Source: Camelus ferus (lineage: Eukaryota). From it: DNA of 64,000 nt. Of this stretch, positions 44,001 through 51,797 are shown in pieces. A program made the position numbers and the translations under genes. The DNA lies in NCBI RefSeq assembly GCF_009834535.1, contig NC_045711.1, forward strand, positions 19,964,001 through 20,028,000. The letters are read 5' to 3'. Under the pieces are notes generated by a model that had not been told where the DNA came from, searched no databases, and worked only from the letters and a program-made list of their open reading frames with translations. How positions within the stretch are numbered: the stretch's first letter is position 1; every line of letters starts with the position of its first letter.

Positions 44001-44763
44001 CTTGCCCCTCGGCCAGTGAGGACTTGGGGAGACGTAGCCTCTGCATCTGTCCAGCCTCCAGACTCCGAGAAAGACATGTCTGTGCTCTAAGCCTCCCGGT
44101 CTGTGCTGTTCTGTTACAGCAGCCCCAGCGGACCAAGTCGTGGCTAGATTACTTTAATATTCAGAAACGGCTTTGATCTCTGAAAATTCAAATAACCCCC
44201 AGGACAACAGGCTGCTACCACCTGTCCTTGTTCAAAACTCGCCAAGCAGAATGGACTTTCTCAAAGGAGCGGGCACATGGAATGCGGGAAAGCCGTCCGC
44301 AGCACCTACGCGGCAGCGAGTCACGAGGCAGACAGGACCCGCGCTGACCTGGCACAGGGCGGAGCTGCGGTCCCAGAAAAACGCCAGGCCAGCCTGACGA
44401 CGAGACGGGCCACCAAGCGCCCGGGCGGCCGCGGCCCCGGGCTGGGACGGCCTCGCCCGCCCCGGACCCCGGGCCCAGACCCCGAGCCCGGACCGGCTCC
44501 CGACCCCAGACTCGGACCCCGACCCCGATTCCAGACCACCCTGGACCTCGAGCCCCCCCTCCCTTAGGCCGGCCCCGGGTCCACAGACCCCCGCCCCGCC
44601 CCCCGCGCGCGGCGGCCCTGACCTCCGCCTTGTGGTTCACTTTCACAAACACGCGCCCTTTGTCCGTGTCGTAGCTCTGACCCTGGCTGATGCAGCCGCC
44701 CCCCGAGTGACCCATGGCCTTGACGGAGCTGCAGCCCAGCTCCCGCTTCAGCAGCGCCTCCAT
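37725..44763 (-). CDS. FN3KRP: Ketosamine-3-kinase / FN3K-related protein, complete (6 exons, 930 nt, 309 aa)
   Basis: join(44623-44763, 40833-40984, 40451-40542, 39429-39511, 38301-38423, 37725-38063). Begins [28 protein letters not shown], contains HGDLWGGN, and ends IMRDLVR*. All introns are GT-AG. Confidence 0.98.
38301..38423 (-). CDS. FN3KRP: FN3KRP exon 5 (123 nt)
   Basis: [41 protein letters not shown]. Confidence 0.96.
39429..39511 (-). CDS. FN3KRP: FN3KRP exon 4 (83 nt)
   Basis: [27 protein letters not shown]. Confidence 0.95.
40451..40542 (-). CDS. FN3KRP: FN3KRP exon 3 (92 nt)
   Basis: [30 protein letters not shown]. Confidence 0.96.
40833..40984 (-). CDS. FN3KRP: FN3KRP exon 2 (152 nt)
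   Basis: [50 protein letters not shown]. Confidence 0.96.
42422..42515 (-). mobile_element. tRNA-derived SINE (vic-1-like) in FN3KRP intron 1
   Basis: Reverse complement reads gggagggtatagctcagtggtagagcgtatacttagcatgcatgaggtcctcagttcaatccccagtacc followed by poly(A). Confidence 0.88.
43388..43414. repeat. (GGAA)n microsatellite
   Basis: gggaaggaaggaaggaaggaaggaagga. Confidence 0.9.
43845..44140 (+). mobile_element. MaLR LTR (MLT1-type) in FN3KRP intron 1
   Basis: gaaacctaacccc..ggggtggagccctcatg..cagcctccagact..tgttacagcagccc motif order. Confidence 0.8.
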
Positions 44764-45200
44764 GTTCCCCGCGCCCGGGACGCCGACCCGCCTCAGGCCT
44801 CACGGAGACGCAGCGACAGCACAGGGGCGCGCGGGGATTGGGTGGGGGCGGGAGAGGCGGGACCGGGCCCCCAGAACGTGCGGGGATTGGGGGGGAGGAA
44901 AGGGGAGGGACCAGGCCGCGGAAGCGCTCGATGATTGGGTAGGCTGCGGGAGGGGCGGGACCTGGCCGCCGGGGGCGGGAGGGGATTGGAGGGGCGGGAG
45001 GGGCGGGAGGGGCGGGACCAGGACGCGGGAGCGCGCGGGGACTGGGGGAGGGGCGGGACGGCGTTGAATGGGGGCAGGGCCTGCTGTGTTCCCCACCCGC
45101 CGTGAGCCCCGGTGACCCTCCTCCCTGGGGCTCGCCCTGGCCTTTCCGCTGACCCTGTCTGTAACCTGCCCTTGACCTTGTGCGGCCCGCCCTTGCCTGG
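44200..45200. promoter_or_regulatory. CpG island / promoter of FN3KRP with repeated CCAAT and GC boxes
   Basis: ATTGG (CCAAT on minus strand) at 44837, 44886, 44934 and 44985; many GGGCGGG boxes. Confidence 0.85.
44623..44763 (-). CDS. FN3KRP: FN3KRP exon 1 (141 nt coding)
   Basis: [22 protein letters not shown] donor. Confidence 0.96.
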
Positions 45201-45409
45201 GGCACACTCCCTGCCCGGCCCCTCCTGGCTTCCCTCCTCACCTGTTGGGCTCCAGGTGAGAGCATCTCCTGTCACAGGATGGCTCCTGCAACACTTGCAG
45301 GGGTCCTATCTTTTCTGTTTGCACATGATTGTCCAATTGGCATCAATCCCCCCAACTAGACTCTAGTGATTTGAGAGCAGAATAAAGTCTGCCTTGCTCT
45401 GTCCACTGG

Positions 45410-45875
45410 AAAAAACTCACAAGCTGTAAGTTGAGAATTACATTTTATTGGGGGCATTACTGAGTACTTAAGCTTGGGGGTTGGGGGGGAGCCTCTCAGG
45501 TAGCTCTGAGGGACTGCTCGGAAGAGGTAAGGGAGGAGCCAGGATATAAAGGAGTTTCAACAAAATAAAAAAGTAGTCAAACATCAAAAGATTACTGCTC
45601 ATTAAAGAAACCAGACATCTTGAGTTACTGAACTTAGCACTTTACTATGTGTGGGAAGACGCAGGTGTGTGTGCTTAATGAAACCCTTCTTTTTTTTTTT
45701 TTTTTTTTTTTTGAAACCCTTCCTTTGATGTGCACATTAGCTGTCTGGGGCCAGTGTCCTGTTCTCTCCACCCTGAGTCCCCTCAGGGGCACCCTCGGGG
45801 CACTGCAAGGGCTGATAAATTGAAAGCCTCAACATCCATTGTTTACTGATACGCAGGCGGTGTTCTTTGTCCACA
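45410..45875. mobile_element. ERV LTR (ERV1-like, family unassigned) upstream of FN3KRP
   Basis: gcctctcaggtagctctgagggactgctc..gagccaggatataaaggagttt..aacatcaaaagattactgct..gggccagtgtcctgttctc recalled as a laurasiatherian ERV1 LTR pattern. Confidence 0.65.
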
Positions 45876-45889
45876 GCTCCCTGTGCCAG

Positions 45890-46770
45890 AAACCAAACCA
45901 ATCAGATGTATGTGTGTAGAGAGAGAGATTTATCTTAAGGAAACAGCTGTGAAAATTAATAAAGGGAAACCTCGTTTAAGACGGAGTAGGGAGGCCAGCA
46001 GGGAGCACTCTTACGCTGTCCACCCAGACACAGCCTGAAGGTAAAGACAGGGTCACCAAGTGCCACCACCCTGGGCCACTCACGGTCTATGACAGGGAGG
46101 ACTGTCAATTAAAGACTCCAACACGCAGAATCATCAACAGGAAAGAATCCTCCATTAGAGGCCTCACAGGGAAAGATGTTCATTGTGTCTCCTTCAAGAA
46201 ATCAACCACCCAGGCTACTCAGCCAATGAGAACCTGTCACCCCCAATTCCCACTTTCCACCAATGGACTTTTGTTCAAACGACCCCTCCAACCTTCTCCT
46301 TTTTCTCTGTAAGACGATGTTTACCTCTTTTGTTTGTTGAACTTGTCTGTGACCTTTGCTGTAGCTGGCTTGTCCCAAATTACAATTCTTTGTTGTTCCT
46401 CAGTCATCCATTTTGCTGGTAGAAATCGCTGGCTGTTGCATTGTTTTAGGTTAGCAGGGCTCACGCACTCGTGGAGGTGCAAGACCAAGGTCTGCAGGGC
46501 AGGCCCAAGGGCTGGAGGCCCAGGAGCAGTTCTGCTGGCAGGACTCCTTCCCAGGGGGTCCATGTTTGCTCTCTTCAGGCCTTCAACGGAGCAGACCAGG
46601 CCCACCCACACTAGGATGGGTGATCGCCTTGCTCAAAAGTCCACTGATTTAAATGTTAATTTAATCTAAAATACACTTCACAGAAACATCCAGAATAATG
46701 TTTGATACCAAATATCTGAGCACCTTGCCCCAGTCAAACTGACACATGAAACTGACTACCACATTCCCCA
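45890..46770 (+). mobile_element. MLT2 (ERVL) LTR, interrupted by the solo LTR at 45948-46457
   Basis: gagagagatttatcttaaggaa..ctgcagggcaggcc..ggccttcaac..aggcccacccacac..aaatgttaat..cacagaaacatccagaataatgtttga..ccagtcaaactgacacat. Confidence 0.8.
45948..46457 (+). mobile_element. ERV1-type solo LTR inserted within an MLT2 LTR
   Basis: TG...CA termini; CCAAT boxes (cagccaatgag, ccaccaatgg); splits MLT2 between aaggaa and ggctcacg. Confidence 0.6.
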
Positions 46771-46824
46771 TGTTTCCCCGTGCTTAGCACGATGCACAAT
46801 GCCAGTCTTGTCGGGGACATTCAA

Positions 46825-47122
46825 TAAGAATGCGGGAAAACATCAATATCGCTAATTGTCAGAGAAATGCAGACCAAAACTACAATGAAGTAGCACCTCA
46901 CACCAGTCAGAATGGCCATCACTCTAAAGTCCACAAATGATAAATGCCGGAGAGGCTGTGGAGAAAAGGGAACCCTCCTACACTGCTGGTGGAACTGTCA
47001 TTTGTGCAGCAACTATGAAAAAAAGTATGGAGGTTCCTTTAAAAACTAAAAATAGACTTACCATGTGATCCAGCAATCCTACTCCTGGGTACATATCCAG
47101 AGCAAAGTCTAACTCGAAAAGA
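46825..47122 (+). mobile_element. LINE-1 ORF2 3' fragment abutting an assembly gap
   Basis: agagaaatgcagaccaaaactacaatgaag..caccagtcagaatggcc..ggagaaaagggaaccctcctacactgctgg. Confidence 0.9.
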
Positions 47123-47283
47123 NNNNNNNNNNNNNNNNNNNNNNNNNNNNNNNNNNNNNNNNNNNNNNNNNNNNNNNNNNNNNNNNNNNNNNNNNNNNNN
47201 NNNNNNNNNNNNNNNNNNNNNNNNNNNNNNNNNNNNNNNNNNNNNNNNNNNNNNNNNNNNNNNNNNNNNNNNNNNNNNNNNNN
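47123..47283. other. Assembly gap (161 N)
   Basis: Run of N. Confidence 1.
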
Positions 47284-47510
47284 ATGTCAGGGCCGAGGCT
47301 CCATCCGCATGAACCAGTGGTGGGGGAGCAGGGGGCCAGGGCATGTGGTTGCCAGCAACGGGGAGGGGGGGGGAGTCACCTTCCAGCACAGGATGCCCTG
47401 CGAGTGGTCAGGTGGGCTGACAAGTGGTGACTGGCTGCTGTCTGCTGGCACCCTGACAGGTCCAATGGCCACTAGGGGCGTGGAGTTGTCAGTCCCACCC
47501 CCATGTGAGT

Positions 47511-47575
47511 GAGTGTCCTGGGGCTGCCATGACAACTTACCACAAACCATCTGGCTTAAAACAACAGAAATAGCT
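47511..47575. mobile_element. MLT1 LTR fragment
   Basis: ggggctgccatgacaacttaccacaaaccatctggcttaaaacaacagaaat. Confidence 0.65.
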
Positions 47576-47827
47576 TATTTTGTTTACAAATAGAGGAACC
47601 TGAGACACAGAAGTGTATATTTTTCACATCATGTAACATGCAGTTGGAATATAATATTCAAATTCCTCAGTTAACATGTTCAAAAACGTGTGCTCTGTGG
47701 AAACCTATTGTGACACAACACGGCTGTCACTGTTTTCCTTTGTGTAACTTGTCAGGTTACAGACAAAGAGGACAAGATCTGTATTCACTGAATCGGGTTG
47801 ATGCAGCAAAACGCCGCTCTTCCAAAT

Positions 47828-47985
47828 CAGGGTTTCTCCCCCTGGAAACCAGTGCCACTTTGGATGGCTGCCCTCCACGGAGGGGCATCTGCGTGCTGTG
47901 GGTGTTGGGCAGCGTCCCTGGTCTCCCCTCCAGATTTTGCCAGATGTCCTGGGGCGGGGGCAAAATCGCCTCCAGCTGAGAAGGA
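47828..47985. mobile_element. MER20-like hAT DNA transposon relic
   Basis: cagggtttctc..ccagattttgccagatgtcctggggcgggggcaaaatcgcctccagctgagaa. Confidence 0.7.
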
Positions 47986-48586
47986 AGCACAGTTCTCAGA
48001 GAGCTACTTGTTAGGACCCTGATTCTCAGAGGAGCCGAAGCCCTGGGTCACTTCTTCTGTCAGACCCTCAGGGAGTTGAGGGGTGTCCCGACTGCATGGG
48101 GGGAGCAATTCTCTGGGAGCCCCGTTCTTTCTGAGCAGGGAACTTGACTCACAAAACGAACAATGTAGGGGAAGCGTGAATGACAGCATCTGCCTTGTGA
48201 GCGAACTCTCCACCACGTCTCTGTAAAGCTGACAATGCATGTTTTGATGTCAGCTGCACAGGTGAGAAGGCAGGTCTCCTGAAGCCCTCGGTGTCCAACC
48301 CCAGGAGCGAGGTCATGTTAGTCCAGGGGAGACTTCACCAGCCTAGGGGAGACTTTGAGGGAGAGATGGTAGGAGTCTCAAGTTTAGGGATAAACTGAGT
48401 TAAAGGTGATGAAAGTAGGATGGTCCACCTCCAATTGCTGCACGTGGGCCCAGGGTGGGAGGCTCAGCCTAGACTGCTGGTCCAGCACCCGCCCCAGAAT
48501 CCCGAGAGGAGGGCAGACAGGCTGCCCCTGGTCGGCGCTGTGCCCAGGACAACACAAGATAAACTGGTTTTCTTTTCTGTCCCAAG

Positions 48587-48866
48587 TACTGAGCTTGCAG
48601 GACCTGTGCTTCCAGGCAGTGGTGTCCCGCACACCCGTGCACCTGGTGGACAAGCTGCCGCTCCCCTGGCCCTGAGGAGCCACCTCAAGTCCTCCTTGAT
48701 GGCTAAAGGCCTGAACGCCAGGATGATGCCGGCCTCTCCTACTCCCTCACTGCCAGCTCCCACCACAGAAGGAGCCACTCACAGGGAAGGGAAGGCTACC
48801 AACCCACCCTGGAGCCACCTCCTCCCCAGCGCTGCCCTGGTGGTGGCTCCAAGGCTCTGTCTCTAA
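48587..48866 (+). pseudogene. RAB40B: RAB40B relic: decayed last exon (SOCS box and C-tail) with two frameshifts; upstream exons not found
   Basis: After the acceptor tggttttcttttctgtcccaAG the sequence reads (V)[26 protein letters not shown], then a 1-bp shift to [20 protein letters not shown], then a second 1-bp shift to GLSYSLTASSHHRRS. This matches the recalled RAB40B end ([64 protein letters not shown]). It lies at the syntenic RAB40B position and on the same strand as WDR45B. Confidence 0.9.
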
Positions 48867-48892
48867 ACTGGATTACAGGTGAAAGGATGCCT

Positions 48893-49035
48893 TTTTTTTT
48901 TTTTTAAAGGGGGAAGTAATTGGATTATTTATTTACTTACTTATTTGTTTGTTTGTTTGTTTAGATGGAGGTACTAGGGATTGAACCCAGGACCTTGTGC
49001 ATGCTCAGCACATGCTCTACCACTGAGCTACACCC
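48893..49035 (-). mobile_element. tRNA-derived SINE (vic-1-like) just downstream of the RAB40B relic
   Basis: A and B boxes, (AAAC)n and poly(A) tail; TSD tgaaagga(t/c)gcct at 48880-48892 and 49036-49048. Confidence 0.9.
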
Positions 49036-49869
49036 TGAAAGGACGCCTCTTTCCGAGAAGGAGGTGGAGGCCGAACGTGCGGCCTCGTGGAGCAGCCACC
49101 TGGGGCGAAGCAGCAGGAGGTGCCGTGGGCCCCGGGGGACTGGGCTGCCACCGCTCTTCAGGAGCGACACGTGGAAACCAGTGCTGTCTTTGCTGAGACG
49201 CCCGGCAGGGTGTCCCTTCTTGGTTCTGCTGCTTGAGTATCAACGAGGGATAAAAGAATAACTTGGAGAGAAAAGCAAATGCCCAGACCTGCTCAGTTTC
49301 TGTTAATGACACAGATTTTTGGAGCTTTAAGGACTCTAGAATTGGGAGTGACACCTTTATTCAGAGATGGCGGAGCCAAGGTCCAGGGAGGAGGAAGGGA
49401 CAGACATCCATTGGGAAGTAGGCAACGGGACAGCAGGTAAACCAGAGTGACGGAACCTCTGCAAGGGGCTGTGGGCCTGGGAGGACTTGCTGCTGGAGCC
49501 AGGGCTCCCTTCTCTGCTGGGCAGTGGATGGAGTGAGCAGCCAGGGGGCTGACCCACTGACCACACCACTAGGACACTGCTGTGGTGGGGTGACACTGCC
49601 CTGAGTGCCACCAACAGAGACAAGGAGAGGCCCACGCTGAGCACGAGCCCCTCCCCAACCTTGAGGGGTGCTCAGAGGTAGAAGGTGCAGGCCCCCCAGA
49701 CCTGATGGTGGGCGCCTAGCCTCAGGGCTAAACCAGGCCCTCCCCTTCTATCTCTTTCCGTGGTTTAACTGGAGGTCTCCTATCAACGTCCCGGAAGGAA
49801 CGGGATAAAGTTCCCAACCCCTTGTCCCGGAGCCCTTCCAAAAGCCTGGTGTCCAAGAGGCCTCATCAC

Positions 49870-50040
49870 AGACAAAGGATACCTGGGGCCACCAGAAGCT
49901 GGATGAGGCAGGAAGGATCCCCCCAGAGCCCTGCCCACACCTGGATTTCAGACTCTGGCCTCCAGAACTGTGAGAGGCAAATTTCCACTGCTTTAAGCCC
50001 CCCAGTTTGTGGCCATACGTGGTGCCAGGACACTCTCACA
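49870..50040 (+). mobile_element. MLT1 LTR 3' part
   Basis: ccaccagaagctggatgaggcaggaagga..cccacacctggatttcagactctggcctccagaactgtgaga..ctttaagcccccagtttgtgg. Confidence 0.8.
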
Positions 50041-51425
50041 ACAAAGAAATGTTACACTTCGCAGTAGAAAGTGGTATTGCTAATCAAAGTGGCATTTCTG
50101 TAAAATAAAAAGAAACCCTAATATAGAATGTATTAAAGTGCAACTATGCATGTTTTCGTGGCGAGCACCCAGAAATCACAATTGAAACGTAAACTGAACC
50201 TTAGAGAAGCCGCTCTCAAAATTCATCATTTTCTTCTATGGCCTCACTGCTGGGAAAATCCACCCAAAATATAAACGGGAGCACCAAATTGTGTCCCAGC
50301 TGTTTGTAATTCTCTTTTCAAGCATCTAGATTCAAAATAAATTATGTACAGTTATGTCTTCAATTGCCCTGTGACAACTCCTGCAAAGCAGAATAATTTC
50401 CTAGACAGAGAGCTTCAACTGTGATGAGGAGTGATCCGGGCAAACACTGAATTTTGGAGAAAATGTTTATTACAGGCTTGATGATACTTGTTTTACCAAA
50501 GACACGGAGATGCAGAAGCTCCCCTTTCCCAGAGAAACCCTGTCATCTAAGCAGATGTGGATTTGAGAAGTGGGCCTGAATGAAGCTGCTTGTGCGGGGG
50601 AACCGGGGAGAGGCCCCGAGTCGTCGAGCAGTCGAGCTGTCGTGGGGGTGGGACCCTGTGCTCACTGTGTTCATCCCCTGCCCTGGACGTACATGGACTG
50701 CAGGTGTCTGGGTGGGAGGCGGAGGTAGGACGGGCACAGTGAAGGTGGAGACCAGAGGGCTCGCTGGGCAAGGGGCTCAGGGCCGGACGCTCCTGCCTCC
50801 GTGGCCGCTAGTGTTAGAACAGGACCGCATGCCGGCTCCTCCTTATCCGGTGACGGGCCTTGTCCCGGAGCTGTGTGTCCCGGCGGCTCTGTGTGTCCTC
50901 GCGGGAGAGTCTATACATTCATTTGACCCTCGGACAACGCAGGCGTTAGGTGCAACGACCCTCCACACAGTCACAAATCCGCGAGTAACTTATAGCTGCC
51001 GGCCCATCCGCCGGATCTGCTGTTCTGCAAACGCGGATCCAACCAACCACGGTCGTGCAGTCTGTGGCGTTTTCCATGAAAACACTCCGCTGCTGAGAGG
51101 CCCCGCGTTGTCCAGGGGCACCGGTACTCCCATTTGCCCACTTCTGTCCACTTTGCTGTTTTTGCCTACATTGTACTAGCGTATCTGTTAAAAACCCCAT
51201 AATGCACTGTTGTTTTTACAGAGATACTGATGGATACTTTTACCAGTTAAAAATGAAAAGGCTCTTACATTTACTTTAATTTCCCTGATTTCTGGGAGGG
51301 CTCAGTTACCGTGGGCGTCTGGGTCCTGTCTGCTCCTGAGGGTCCCTTTGAATCGTCGCCGCCCTGGGGCTCAGTGTCCTGGGGGTCTGCTTCGTCCCCA
51401 GCAGGTGGTTCCCGCCCTCAGGCCC

Positions 51426-51470
51426 GCCCCGCCCCGCCCCGCCCCGCCCCGCCCCGCCCCGCCCCGCCCC
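51426..51470. repeat. (GCCCC)9 pentamer in the WDR45B promoter
   Basis: Read directly from the sequence. Confidence 0.95.
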
Positions 51471-51730
51471 CGCAGACGAGGTCCCGCCCCCAGGCCAGGC
51501 CCCGCCCCAGGCCGCCCCGCCCCGTGGACGTGACGCTCTCGGCGCTCGCTCCCTGCCCTGCCGACCCCGGTGGATGCTCTCGGCGCTCCGCGGCTCCCTG
51601 GTTGCGCGCGCAGGCGGTGGGCCTCTTGCTTCCGGCCGCGGCGGCCTCGGCGCTGGCGAGACGGACCCCGGCGGCCGGCCTCCCCGAGCGGCATGCGGCG
51701 CTGAGGCGCGGCGAACCCCGCGGCGGCGCC

Positions 51731-51797
51731 ATGAACCTCCTGCCCTGTAACCCGCACGGCAACGGGCTGCTCTACGCCGGCTTCAACCAGGACCACG
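51731..51797 (+). CDS. WDR45B: WDR45B exon 1 (67 nt coding)
   Basis: GCCATG Kozak context, GTGAG donor at 51798. Confidence 0.96.

Noticed and set aside
47466-47483. CTCF-like tggccactaggggcg
   Set aside because: One G short of the core consensus spacing, so it cannot be supported without data.
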